The notes below the pieces were generated by a model. The model was not told the origin of the DNA and did no database searches. It saw nothing but the letters and a program-made list of their open reading frames with translations. A DNA stretch of 64,000 bases from Octopus vulgaris (taxonomy: Eukaryota). Shown one piece after another: positions 37,401 to 49,908 of the stretch (position 1 is the stretch's first letter; each line of letters opens with the position of its first letter). The stretch spans positions 78,926,001 to 78,990,000 of the forward strand of contig OX597815.1 in the NCBI GenBank assembly GCA_951406725.2. The letters are read 5' to 3'. The position numbers were made by a program, and so were the translations under genes.

Positions 37401-37634
37401 CATGACCTCAGAGCATTGGGCCTCACTGAGGCAATGGCGAAGGACCGAGATCTCTGGAGATATGCTGTGACTACAAAGACCCGGGCTGCTTTCTGCAGCA
37501 ATTCCACATACCCCCTACCCATTCTAAGTACCCCCCTACCCATTCTAAGTACCCCGGATCCCCAAAGTACCCTGGATCCCCAAAATACCCCGATCCCCAA
37601 AGTACCCCGGACCTCGTTGCCCCCGTGCCGCTGA
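34494..37634 (+). CDS. RTE LINE polyprotein: APE endonuclease, reverse transcriptase, PHD-type zinc finger
   Basis: CIQE, GDFNGH, IDFIL and QHRL endonuclease motifs; NYRGIKLL, FVDLEKAFDRV, GVHQGS and YADD (36540-36551) RT motifs; RGRGRPRKTW RTE C-terminus; frame open upstream to TAA at 34323 with no in-frame ATG before 34494. Confidence 0.95.
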   Translation: MTGKSSEIVEMLERRQVDVCCIQEVRWRDASARVLTGKALRYKLYWQGNAEGVGGVGILLAEEWVDKVIEVVRVCDRVLKLRLVLQSGTAMIISAYAPQAGLPNDQKDNFYDTLLQATSKTSNKDLIFVGGDFNGHVGRESGIFTGVHGGYGIGTRNDEGTRLLEFCDACNLSICNTNFKKPVCHLITYQSGDSASQIDFILTRQRDAGLLLNTKTLPGEECIPQHRLIISDFKLEARRTPRNKPIQKRRIWRLKNPSHGQKFRDILIKKFDEREEELQTSDIEGSWGFLRDSLLSATDQVCGWCKVPSRPRITWWWNSAVDKAICEKRRAWKAWKDGGSRELYQIAKREAGRQVYIAKDVAEKKKFANVQRREDQRAEVFRIARQCVRENSDVIGEKCVRMDDGALAFTTSEKKEAWRSHYERLLNEENEWEEESLPNVDPVEGPATRIDSSLVDKAIKDMKPGKAPGLSGITAEMLKTAGYVGHAIVTRIVNQVVHNGAIPNDWCSSTIVNCYKGKGDALDRNNYRGIKLLDQVMKVSEKVITNLIRERICLDEMQFGFVPGRSTTDAIFLVRQLQEKYLAKDKPLYIAFVDLEKAFDRVPRSLIWWSMRKLEIEEWLIRAVQALYREAVSKVRIGNEYSEEFRVEVGVHQGSALSPLLFIIVLQAITEEFKTGCPWELLYADDLALIAESLPELEEKFRVWKQGLESKGLRINVAKTKVLVSSKRYSTHIPSGRWPCSTCRKGTGRNSIRCTQCKLWTHKRCSNIKGKLTDKIAFMCGRCTGTIDTTDTQKTDSITLQGEKLEVVDSFRYLGDQVSSGGGCTESITTRIRIAWAKFRKLLPLLATKGLSLRAKGRLYDACVRTAMLHGNETWAVTAEDMRRLERNEASMIRWMCSVSVHAKQSVSILREMLDIRSIRCGVQERRLRWYGHVLRMDEERCVKKCHSQTVEGIRGRGRPRKTWDEVVKHDLRALGLTEAMAKDRDLWRYAVTTKTRAAFCSNSTYPLPILSTPLPILSTPDPQSTLDPQNTPIPKVPRTSLPPCR

Positions 37635-37892
37635 CACGTTAAAATGCTCGAATCCGATCGTGACGATGCCGGACCCTCCGGCCCCTGTGCAGGTGGCACG
37701 TAAAAAGCACCCAATCCACTCACGGAGTGGTTGGCGTTAGGAAGGGCATCCAGCCGTAGAAACTCTGCCAGATTCAGACTGGAGCCTGGAGCGGCCCCTG
37801 GCTTCCCAGACCCGGTCAAACCGTCCAACCCGTGCTAGCGCGGAAAGCGGACGTTAAACGATGATGATGATGATGATGATGATGATATATAT

Positions 37893-38903
37893 ACTGTTTT
37901 GGGACCACTACTGTTCATAATGGCCCTCAGCCACGCAGAGAGCCACGATCACAAGTTATGCAGATGATACAAAAGTTTCACAGGTAATAAAGAACCTGCA
38001 ATGTGAGATGGACAAAATATATAAGTGGGCTGAAAAGAATAGCATGCAGTTCAATGCTGAAAAGTTTCAAGCTTTATGCTATCAGCATGCAAAACTAAAT
38101 GCAATACCCAATAAATACATTGGACCTGGAGGGATTGCAATCCCAGAGGCACAATCAGTGCGAGACCTGGGTATTTACATGAGTAATGATGCAACCTTTC
38201 ATGTGCATGTTGCTAAATTGGCAATGAAATGTAGGCGGCTGACCGGATGGATTCTTAGAGCCTTTAGAACAAGAGACCAGGAAACCATCATGATCCTCTT
38301 GCTCTCAGCTATGGTCACCATTCAGTGTCAAATTAATCACAGAACTTGAGGCGATCCAACGAAGCTACACGAAGAAGATAGCCTCTGTGCGGCACATAAG
38401 CTATTGGGAAAGACTCAAGAGATTAAGACTCTATTCCTTAGAGTGTAGGCGAGAAAGATATGCCATAGTATACATCTGGAAGATCCTGGGAGGACTTGTT
38501 CCAAACTTTGGATTCGAGAGTTACACAAATACTAGAACTGGGCGCCACTGCATAGTGCCAAGGACTCCAAATTTGCCTTCAAGATGTAGGACAAGATACT
38601 GTGATAGCCTGGGCTTCAGAGGTACACACATCTTCAATATCCTCCCGAAGGACCTGAGAGACCTGCACGGGGTGGATGCAGATGTCTTTAAAATAAAACT
38701 GGATCTCTTCCTGTCAAGTGTCCTTGATGAACCAACTTCACAGCAGGAGGTGCAGATGAGGGCAGCTGCATCAAACTCTCTCATGCACTAAATGTCAATT
38801 GCTAAAAAGCATTCGTGAAGTAAAATCATGTAGCAACACCGAATGGCAGTGCCCCAGCATGGCCACAACTCGTGAGCTGAAACTAGATAAAATTAAAAAA
38901 TAA
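37893..38903 (+). mobile_element. 5'-truncated, decayed CR1/L2-group LINE
   Basis: VLGPLLF, YADDTK, MQFNAEKF, LYSLECRRERY; frameshifts; same family as 57001-58632 and 59275-62348. Confidence 0.9.
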
Positions 38904-38974
38904 ATATACATATAAATATATGTACATATATATGTACATATATATATATATATATATGTATATTGATAAATAAT

Positions 38975-39388
38975 TAGAAGAATCAATTTATTAGATGGTG
39001 TCCAATAAACGTCATCAAATAACTGGAACAGGTTTTGATGCTAATTATTTATTTCATTTAACCAGACAGCTGTTTCTGTCATAAAAGACCATATTTCAGG
39101 TCTACAATTGACAGAAATAACTGTCTTGTTAAATTAAATAAATAATTAGCATCAAAACCTGTTCCGTTTATTTGATGACATTTATTGAACTCTGTCTAAT
39201 GAGTTGAGTTTTCTAATGGTTTTTATGTATATATATTTATAGGGAAATGAAAAGAATTCCTTAAATAAAGTATGATACAAAAAACATTGGAAACCTAGGA
39301 AATAATGCCCTAAACAGAAGAATTATTTTCATCTTGAAAAATATTATATATATATATATATATGTATACATATGTATATGTATACATA

Positions 39389-39467
<79 letters not shown>

Positions 39468-40118
39468 ATATATATATACATGTATATATATATATATGTC
39501 TATGTATAACAGGAAAGTTTACGAAAATAAACAAAAAACAAAGGCAGGTGGAGTACAAACAAATAAATGTATTAGTATAGCGCCCAGGAATAGAAATAGA
39601 AAAAGTCTTTTACGTTTCGAGCCTACGCTCTTCGACAGAAAGATACACAGAAAAAACAAGGAGAGAAAAAAATGCGTGTAGGAGCTAACGATCTATCATG
39701 GTGTCCTGACTTTGGATGTCTATATATATACATACATATATATACATATGTATATATATGTATACATATATATATTTTTTTTTTTCATTATTTTCTAGGT
39801 TTCCAATGTTTTTTGTATTGTACTTTAGTTAAGGAATTCCTTTCATTTCCCTATAAATATATATACATAAAAACCATTAGAAAACTCAACTCATTAGACA
39901 GAGTTCAATAAATGTCATCAAATAAACGGAACAGGTTTTGATGCTAATTATTTATTTAATTTAACAAGACAGTTATTTCTGTCAATTGTAGACCTGAAAT
40001 ATGGTCTTTTATGACAGAAACAGCTGTCTGGTTAAATGAAATAAATAATTAGCATCAAAACCTGTTCCAGTTATTTGATGATGTTTATTGGACACCATCT
40101 AATAAATTGATTCTTCTA
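38975..40118. repeat. 333-bp inverted repeat whose arms are themselves palindromes
   Basis: 38975-39307 is the near-perfect reverse complement of 39786-40118; 38975-39215 folds on itself. Confidence 0.93.
39508..39720 (-). mobile_element. ~210-bp TA-embedded element with hammerhead-like fold (copy 1)
   Basis: homologous to 41070-41276; minus strand TCTTT-CTGTCGA-A-GAGC-GTAG-GCTC-GAAA-CGTA-AAAGA at 39606-39643. Confidence 0.7.
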
Positions 40119-40306
40119 TATATATGTGTGTGTGTCTGTGTGTTTATATGTGTGTATATATTTGTGTGTGTATATATGTATATGTGTATTTATGTGTGTG
40201 TGTATATGTGTGTATATATATGTGTGTGTATATATATGTGTGTGTGTATATATATATGTGTGTGTGTATGTGTGTATATATGTATATTTATGTGTGTGTA
40301 TATATA

Positions 40307-40347
<41 letters not shown>

Positions 40348-40619
40348 GTATGTATGTACATGTATGTATGTATGTATATGTATGTATATGTATATGTATA
40401 TATATGTATGTATATGTATATGTATATATATGTATGTATATGTATATATATGTATGTATATGTATGTATATATGTATATGTATATGTATGTATATGTATG
40501 TATATGTATATATATGTATGTATATGTATATATATATGTGTATATATATATTTATATTTGTATGTATGTATGTATGTATATATATATGTATATATGTATG
40601 TATATGTATATATGTATGT

Positions 40620-40674
<55 letters not shown>

Positions 40675-41069
40675 TGTATGTATATATATATATGTATATA
40701 TGTATGTATGTATATATATATATGTATATATGTATGTATATATATATATGTATATATGTATATATGTATGTATATATATATATGTATATATGTATATATG
40801 TATGTATATATATATATGTATATATGTATATATATATGTATGTATATATATATGTATATATATATGTATATATGTATATATATATGTATATATATATGTA
40901 TATATGTATATATATATGTATATATATATGTATATATATATGTATGTATATATATATATGTGTATATATATGTGTATATATATATGTATATATATATATG
41001 TGTATATATATATATATGTGTATATATATATATATGTGTGTGTATATATATATGTATATATATATATAT
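40119..41069. repeat. (TA)/(TG)/(TATG) compound microsatellite
   Basis: direct inspection. Confidence 0.97.
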
Positions 41070-41373
<304 letters not shown>

Positions 41374-42033
41374 GTGTGTATGTATATATGTATATATATA
41401 TGTGTGTATGTATATATGTATATATATATGTGTGTATATATATGTATATATATATATGTATGTATATGTGTGTGTGTGTATATATGTACATTTTTTATGA
41501 GAATGCTGACATTACAACTGGTCTCTCTTGGCTTTGGAAGACTAATGAAATTAAAATATCCTTTCTTTGAAAACAAGTAAGTATGGCAATAAGGAAGAAC
41601 ATGTTGTTGTAAACTGTTGCCTCAAATAATCCCTTGCTCAACCCATACCAAAATGGGAAAATGGAGGTGTAACAAGCAGAAGTGCTTGTGTGTGTGGGTA
41701 GGTATGTTATTATCATTTTATGTTCACTTTCCATACAGACATGAGCAAGACGGTGTAAAAATATATAAATGAATAAGGGGATCATGTTTTGCTTGTTATG
41801 TTTTGTGTCATCATTTAATGTGTCTGTTTTACATACTAGCATGTGTATGTGTGTGTATATATATATATATATATACATATACACACACATACACATGCTA
41901 TATATACACACACACACTGACACACATGTGCATATATGCTTGTGTGTATGTATATTTGTATGCACGAATAATTAATTATCTTAAATGTACATGAAAAACT
42001 CTTAAATGTTTCTTCTATTATGTTTTCTCACAG

Positions 42034-42588
42034 GATACAGAAGATAGGCTTTTTGACCGTGGTGAAATGAACACATATCGCGATGAAATGAACTTTGTAC
42101 AAACTGTGGCCTCTTATCTAGATTGTGTCATCAATGACTCATTCACATCTAATTGCCAATTACTTCCTGATGAGACTCCACTGAAAAATACAAGCTGCTA
42201 CAGCCAACCATTACCAAATCTACCATGCATAAAACCAGAAGACATTAAAGAATCTTCTGTTGAGCGTATCAAAGAAGAATTCAGTTTGACCTCACGGTTA
42301 CTCATTAGCCGCCTTTCACAGATGAAAAGCCAAACAACAATGGGGTCTCTCTTCGACATAATTTCTCACCAGACAGATTGTTTAGATACCTACAAACTGT
42401 TACTATCTTTGTTTTATCTTCAGAAAATGTTACTACCCAAAGATTACCAGCAATTCTTTCAAGAATGTGATACCATTTCCAAGCAGATTAATATCATCTT
42501 TGGTTCATCTGTAAATATAAGAGATACACTGCAATGTAAGTGCTACACATTAGCCAGTCAAATATCCCAATATTACACAAAGACATGA
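42034..42588 (+). CDS. THADA: THADA terminal coding exon
   Basis: cag|GAT; DTEDRLFDRGEMNTYRDE resembles the C-terminal THADA LF(E/D)xxExN motif; in frame with ORF 42067..42588, TGA stop. Confidence 0.86.
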   Translation, partial: DTEDRLFDRGEMNTYRDEMNFVQTVASYLDCVINDSFTSNCQLLPDETPLKNTSCYSQPLPNLPCIKPEDIKESSVERIKEEFSLTSRLLISRLSQMKSQTTMGSLFDIISHQTDCLDTYKLLLSLFYLQKMLLPKDYQQFFQECDTISKQINIIFGSSVNIRDTLQCKCYTLASQISQYYTKT

Positions 42589-42907
42589 ATATGGCCATAG
42601 ACTCACTCTTTGCAACGATATGTATTTGTGTGTGTGTATATATATAAGTATAAATATATATATAATATATTTATATATATATATATATATATAAAGAAGC
42701 TTGCGAAACTTAAAGTTGCATAGAGATGAATCAACCTGCTTTAAATAATAATAATAAGTATATATATTATTATCTCTGTTCAATGCTGTTCTCATGTAAT
42801 CCGCTGTTGTCTGCTCATTTTTGCATTAATGAGCTGCTGGCTACAATGTGTTTCTTTTCTCAAGTATTTCTCAAACTTGTCTGTGTGAGTGTGACATCAC
42901 ATCAATT

Positions 42908-42913
42908 AATAAA
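42908..42913 (+). terminator. candidate polyadenylation signal of THADA
   Basis: AATAAA about 320 nt after the stop codon. Confidence 0.45.
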
Positions 42914-42954
42914 AGAAATTTGAACGACTGATATGAATTTTTACTGATGGCAAC

Positions 42955-43119
42955 CATGACTGTGTGGTTAAGAGGTTTGCTTCACAAGAATACAGTTTCA
43001 GGTTCAGTCCCACATTGTGGCACTTTGGTCATGTGTCTTCTACCGTAGTCCAGGCCAACCAAAGGCTTGTGATCGGATTTCGTTGATGGAAACTGAAAGA
43101 AGTCTGTCATGTTTGTATA

Positions 43120-43169
<50 letters not shown>

Positions 43170-44705
43170 AGGCTGAGTAAAAAGTAAGCAACGTTTTGAA
43201 ACATGAAATTCATCACAATATATTTCAACAATGCAGAAATTTTATTCATCAAAATAAGTACCATTACAAACAGCACATTTTTGTCAACGAGTTACAAGTT
43301 TGTTTATTCTGGTAACATAAGAATCTGGAGTTCTGGAACTCTTTGAACACACTTTCAACATCAATTTGATTTTTGAACTCCTCTTGCAGGAAACCATCAA
43401 GGTGCTTGAAAAATTGGTAGTCGGTAGGACGAAGGTCTGGGGAATAAGCTGGGTGGGGAAGAACTTCGTAGACAAGTTCCTCAAGTTCTGGAGCGTAATT
43501 AGTGAAACGTGGTCAAACATTGTCATGAGAAATGATTGGCCCTCTTCTGTTGACCAGTTTGGTATGGAGGAGTATTGTTTCATTCATTTTGGCAATTTTA
43601 AGACAATATGTTTCTACAGTAATGATTTTTCTGGATTTTAAGAAGTTATAGTGGATGAGTCCAGCAGTACACACTAAACAGTCACCATGACTTTCTTTTT
43701 GAAGAGCTCGGGTTTAGGGAAGTTTTCCAATGCTTCATTTTGGTCCAACCACTGTGAAGAATATTCTTTATTGTTTTACAAAATCCATTTTTCATTGTAA
43801 GTTACAATGCAGTCAAGAAATGGATTGGTCTGGTTACACAGGTGAAGCAACAAGCAAATTTCATATCTGCGCATTTACTGATTTTCATTCAAATCATGTG
43901 GTACCCATTTGCCAAAATTTTTTGATTTTCTGATCGCATGCAAATGGTTGCTGACAGTTTTCTGACTAACTTGAAGTTCTTTTGCTAGTTCTTGAGTGGG
44001 TTTTATTTGGATCTTTCTCAATGACAGTCTGTAATTGACCGTCATCAATGACAGATGGGTGTCCACTACACTCACGATCTTCAAGGCTCAGGGTCCACTA
44101 TGATATCATTTAAACCATTTTTGAGCTGACCACTCACTAGTCATTTCTTCACCAAATGTTTCAATGATATCGCAAGCAGTTCAGCTACTTTACATTCTTA
44201 TTTTGAAGTTGAATAGCAAAATGGCTCAAATATTGTGCTTTGACAGTTCCATTTCAGATAATTGTAACAACGATGAAAAAAATATTAATGTTAATTTATT
44301 GATGCATTTGACAAGTCTGTGTCTGTATTTTCAGACAATTGCAAAAAAAATGTTTAAAAAAAAATTCAAAATTCTGTAAAAATGTGGTACAAATTCTTCA
44401 TGGTTCAAAAGTTTGCTTACTTTTTACTCAGTTTGCTATGTATATCTGAGAGTATGTGTATATTTGTGTCTCCTTGTCTTGACATTGCATGATAGATGTA
44501 AAAGAGTGTCACTGTCATACAAGCGGTGTCTTTTATATCTAATATTATGCAAAAGCCTGTCCAACTATGGGAAAATATCACTTAGCTTGGAAACAGGTGA
44601 GGGTTGGCAACAGGAAGGGCATCTGGGTGTAAAAGAAACTGCCTCATTAAACTTCATCCAACTAAGACAAGCATGAAAAATTGGACATAAAAACGATGAT
44701 GGTGA
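42955..44705 (+). mobile_element. RTE-tailed SINE split by a mariner insertion
   Basis: head 42955-43110, internal TG/TA tract, body and tail resume at about 44460-44705. Confidence 0.7.
43169..44435 (-). mobile_element. decayed mariner (Tc1/mariner) transposon
   Basis: ~38-bp TIRs CAGGCTGAGTAAAAAGTAAGCAA.. / ..TTGCTTACTTTTTACTCAGTTTG; ~1.27 kb; ELAKELQVSQKTVSNHL and GKWVPHDL (WVPHEL-type motif). Confidence 0.9.
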
Positions 44706-46327
44706 TGGGTTAAGCAATTCACCAACTCGGCTTTTGTGTTGTGTCTTAAATCCTGCTTTCAAAATCATTTTAAAATTTTAACATATTTTATCTTGTTTTA
44801 GATGTCCCTGTGTCTTGACATTGGTGGTTGTAAACAAGTGTCGTGGTCATGCAAGCTATGTCCCTTATATCTAATCTTCTGTGAAAATATGTCTGGCCAT
44901 GGGGAAATGTCACCCTACTGGGAAATAGGTGAGGGTTGTTGACAAGACGGGCATTCAGCCACAAAACATTTATCTCATTAAGTTCCATCTGAGCTTTGCA
45001 AGCATGGAAAAAATAGACATTAAAAATTAAGATGATGATCATGATAGTGAGAGAATTAGAACTTCTACCTTTATTGGTCTTCCCAGGACTAGTAAATGTC
45101 ATGGGCACTGTCACTCCTCCTTTCACTATTTTATTTTTTTAAAATAGTTGGGGTTTCCCCCCCCCCTTTTTTTGCCAGGAGAGGAGGCAGTCCCCATGGC
45201 CTTTTATAGGACTTTCAAGGCTACTAAGTGAGAACATATCTCTAAATCAGAGACTGGTCTGAAATGTTTACAACAGAGTGAACTCAGCTAAAGGCACCCA
45301 AGATGCCAGAGAGTGGTGTTAAATGGGGCAATGGGACTGAATGTACCACTGAAGTAGGTCATGACAGAGTCCGGAGTTAAAAATTATCTTTATTAAATGT
45401 AGGTTGGACATGTTAATAAGGTACTGAACAATCAGTTGAGAGGTAAGCAGTCTGTATCCTATCTCTGTGTGAATGTGTCTATCACACTTAGTAGTAAAAA
45501 GCTACTATCAGGGTGAAAGGCCATTGCTGTAGATTTATCTCTCAGTCACATAGCATTATAGAAAGCAGAGATGGATATATTTTCTTTTATTATTGGTTTC
45601 AGTCATTGTACTGCATCCATGCTGGAATACTACCTTCAAGGGTTTTAGTTGATATCACATCAATGCCATTACTTATTTTATTGATCTCTGTTGAATGGTT
45701 AAGTTACCTTCCGGTATAAAGGGATGCAACTTAATATTTTACTCCTGGTTAATACTCACAGAAACACAACACACGGAGCAGATTTCTGCACAAATATTGC
45801 CAACCAAATGCCTAATATAAGGCATTAGTCAATCCAAGTTTCATTAGAAGACATTTGTCTAAGGTGCTATGCAGTGGGATTGGATCCAAAACCTGCAGTT
45901 GTGAAATGTACATCATGTCTATAGAGCTATGCTTGCACTTAGATATATAAATATCTTAGAACAAGCAGCATATTTTTAATTATCTTTGATTTTGTTTAGA
46001 ATTTTATAATACTGAACATCATCATTCAACATTTGCCCTCCATGTTGCCATGGGTTTGACATGGAGCAGTCCAGACTCCAACTATCTGCTGTAGCATGGT
46101 TTCTATGGTTAGATGCCCTTCCTAATGCCAACCACTTAGCAGAGTGTGCAGGGTACTTTTTATGTGCCACTCGCATTTTATTGAGAAAAAAAAGTGGGCA
46201 ATGGTAAACAATTTTTTTTAGAAATTAAATGATAAACACAGGTGAAGATGTGTGTTAAGGAGTTTGCATCCCAACTTCATGATTTCAGGTTCTGTCCGAC
46301 TGCTTGGCTCCTTAGGTAAGTGCTTTC

Positions 46328-47376
46328 GGATCTTTTCAATCTCAGTCACAGATTTTTGAATTAATTTTTTTTTTATAACTAAACAGTTTGAAACTTTGGA
46401 TACTGGTTGAATGTGTCATGTAGAACATGATTTACTCTTAATGTTTTTGACAAAATTTTGTATTTTAGAAGTTATTTCATGTTAAAGTTGTTATATTTGG
46501 GTAATTTTAACCAGTGACATGTATTCAGTTGAAAAAAGTTACTGCTGTTTGCAAAAGTAATGGAAGAGCAACAACTTCTGGGTCATTGGGTCATGAAAAA
46601 GAGAGAGAGAGAGGTGGAAGAAAAGTATAAAAGATAGGAAAGGTGGGTGAGAAAAACAGAAAGTTCTTTTTTAGGGAATACATACATGTGTATTCAATGT
46701 GTCCTGTCGTTTATATAATGTTAGCGTATGACACTGAGAGAGATTTGGCTGTTATTTCCAGCAAATCATAGAGAGAGAATGGAGAGAGTGGTGGTGTGTT
46801 GACGATCTGAATGACAGCTTATATAAACTTACCAATGCCCTACTACTGCATATTAATTTATTAAACCCTCTCCTTTTTCTTACTTCCATTCGGGGCGGGC
46901 GTTTTATCAGCTTTACATTTGAAAGTGTGTGTGTGTGTGTATGTGATGGACAGCATGAACAGCTGTCGTCAACTTCACAATCCCCCTCCCTCAAAGCTAT
47001 GTATTCCTCACACCCACTTCTCTTTCCTTTCCTCAGCATTCTAAAAATTGCATGTATGTATTGGTGTGTGTGTGTATGTGCATAGACATATACATATGCA
47101 GCGTCCAAAACAGGTGGGTCGATGACCCTGATGTTGTTGCTCTTCCATTATTTACGCAAACAGCAGTAACTTTCTTCAGCTGAATACACATCATTGATTG
47201 GTTAAAAGTAGCCAAATACGACAACTTTAACACGAAATAACTTCTAAAATACAAAATTTTGTCAAAAATGTTAAGAGTAAACCGTGTTCTAAGTGACACA
47301 TTCAACCATTATCTGAAGTTTGAAACTGTTTAGTTAAAAAAAATTCAAAAATCTGTGACTGAGATTGAAAAGATCC
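46328..47376. mobile_element. non-autonomous long-TIR DNA element (MULE/foldback-like, superfamily uncertain)
   Basis: ~260-bp inverted repeats (46328-46588, 47120-47376) with GGATC..GATCC ends; imperfect 8-bp flanks GTGCTTTC/ATGCTCTC; interrupts a SINE head (46245-46327, 47377-47455). Confidence 0.85.
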
Positions 47377-47492
47377 ATGCTCTCTACTATAACCTCAAAC
47401 CAGCCATTGCTTAGTAAGTAGATTTTCATAGGCAGAAACTAAAAAAAGCTCATTATATATATGTATATATATATATATATATATATGTAACA

Positions 47493-47955
47493 GTGTGGCT
47501 GTGTGGTAAAAATACTTCCTTCCCAACCACATGGTTCTGGGTTCAGTTTCACTGCTTGACAACCAGTGTTGGTGTGTTTACTTACCCCTGTAACTTAGCA
47601 GTTCAGCAAAAAGAGACTGATAGCATAATCACTGGGGTCGATTTGTTCAACTATAACCATTCAAGGTGGTGTTCCAGCATGGTCAGAATAAACTGACTGG
47701 AACGAGTAAAAGAATGTGTGTATGTGTCTCCTTGCCTTAAACTTTCATGATAGTTGTAAACAAGTGTTGCCATCAAGCAAACAGTGTTCTTCATTTCCAA
47801 TTTTCCATGGAAACATTTCTGGTCATGGGGAAATATTACTCTGCTTGGAAACAGGTGAGGGTTGGCAACAGGAAGGGCATCCAGCCATAGAAAATGTACC
47901 TCAACAAATTTCATCTGATCTAAGCTTGCATGGAATAATGGACGATGATGATAAT
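47493..47955 (+). mobile_element. chimeric SINE: partial head, CR1-type tail module, then RTE-type tail module
   Basis: 47565-47712 resembles 30535-30699; 47720-47955 resembles 1110-1340. Confidence 0.7.
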
Positions 47956-48360
47956 GAAATAAATGGGCACTAAATATTTGCAAGAAGTTGTCCCCCCAAT
48001 AAAAACTGGGGGGAAGGGGTCATAAAGATAAATCATTCTACTTCTGTTATGATGTCTATTATTTGTCATAGAGTAAAGATGGTAGAATTGGAAAAGTAAC
48101 AGATGAATTTTTCTGTGAGATTTATTTAGGTCTGTTGCTTTTACCCACTTCTCCAGGGCATGTCACCAATTGATAGATACTTTTCTATCATATTGGTGTG
48201 TGAAATAAATAAAAAAGTTATTTGTGAGAATATATAACATCCAAGCAAATGGCATCTATTCAAATAATGTTAAAGAATATCTTAAAATGTTAGACTATTG
48301 ATCTTTGAAGATATCTGTGGGTAGAATTTCACTAAAACAGCTTGTGTTATAAAGGACATC

Positions 48361-49377
48361 TACATGGTCTGATCAATAAGTATCTGGACTGTTGGCATAA
48401 TAACAAAGCTAAAGTACGAAGAGTGAAGCCGCTTAGCACAGATTGGCTTTGAACTCTGCTGTTTATGCACACTAAGTTTTAACGTTCTAGCTCATTTCCA
48501 CTGTTTACAGCAGTGCTTCGAAGGAGGGTGTGTAGCATATCAAGTTTTGCCAGAAGCTTGGTAATACCTGCTCAGGCCTATGCAAAGTTTTCATCATTCT
48601 TGACACAATCAAGGAGATCTTGTGCAACTGAAACCCAAATGTCTTTTTGGCCAGCCAAAAGCAGTTTTGGCACAAACTTAGCAGACACGCATGTCATACC
48701 CAAATCTTCACTGATAATGGACTGAACTGAGACGTAACTAATCTGCATATCTTCTGATAACTCGCAGATGGTGATTCAGTGATTTCCTCTCACAACTGCA
48801 TGTACATTTGTGATGTTTTTCTCAGTTCTGCTGTAATGAATGAGAGGAAAATATAAAAGATTAGAAAGGTGAGTGAGAAAAACAGAAAGTTCTTTTATAG
48901 GGAATACATACATGTGTGTGCATATTTTTTTCCATCTTATCCAATGTGTCCTCTCATTTATATAACGTTAGCGTATGACATTGAGAGAGATTTGGCTGTT
49001 ATTTCCAGCTGCATATACATTTGTGATGCTTTTCTCAGTTCTGCTGGTTGCAGGTCTCCCAGAACATTTTTTCGGCCATTATGGAAACGTCTGAACCACT
49101 TCTACACTTGTGTGCGGCTCATACATTTTCTGCAACTTTGCGTAGGCCTCTGAACAGATATCGCCATGACAACTTTCTCTGTTATGGTCAATATGACAAT
49201 CACATGCTACACACCTTCCTTCCAAGCACTATTGTAAACAGCAGAAGCTAGAACTTTAAAACTTAGTACATATGCACAGCAGAGTTCAAGGTCAGTCTTT
49301 GCCAAGCACCTTCACTCCACGTGCTTTATCTTTGTTACTATGGCAACAGTCCGGATACTTACTGATCAGATCTCGTA
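48361..49377 (-). mobile_element. internally deleted mariner-type element with long TIRs
   Basis: TA at both ends; ~130-bp inverted repeats; minus-strand remnants GMTCVSAKFVPKLL and KWFRRFHNGR. Confidence 0.82.
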
Positions 49378-49868
49378 TATTGCATATCGTCACTTATCTC
49401 TGGTAATTTCAAAAGCAGTTTAAAAGGAAAATTACCTGTAAATGAGTTTCTATTCAGATACATTTCAAATTTCTTAACAGATATTTTCTCAATCAAAATC
49501 TTAATCTAATATGGCTGTGTAGTTAAAAAATTCAGTTCCCAACCACATGGCACTTTGGAAAAATGTCTTCTTTAGCCCTGGGCAACCAAAGCCTTGTGTG
49601 TGGATTTCGTAGATGGAAATTGAAAGAAACCTGTTGTATGTATGAATATTCTTCTATTATTTTACTTGTCTCAGTCATTTTACTATGACCAAGCTGGAGC
49701 ACCACCATAAGGGTTTTAGTCAAAGAAATTAACCCCAGTACTTATTCTATTGGTCTCTTTTGCTGAACTGATAAATTATGGGGGCATAAACACATATGTA
49801 TATGTATTTATATATACATCTATATATATATATGTATGTATGTGTATATATATGTATGTATGTATCTA

Positions 49869-49904
<36 letters not shown>

Positions 49905-49908
<4 letters not shown>

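Larger units (their letters stand above)
30730..37886 (+). mobile_element. putative full-length RTE-clade LINE (monomer array, C-rich leader, ORF, 3' UTR, (GAT)n tail)
   Basis: continuous block between (TA)n at 30700-30729 and ATATAT after the tail; membership of the array in the element is inferred. Confidence 0.8.

Noticed and set aside
34823-37828. Antisense ORFs within the RTE, and likewise + strand ORFs at 60275-61968
   Set aside because: Shadow ORFs of the coding strand with no independent motifs.
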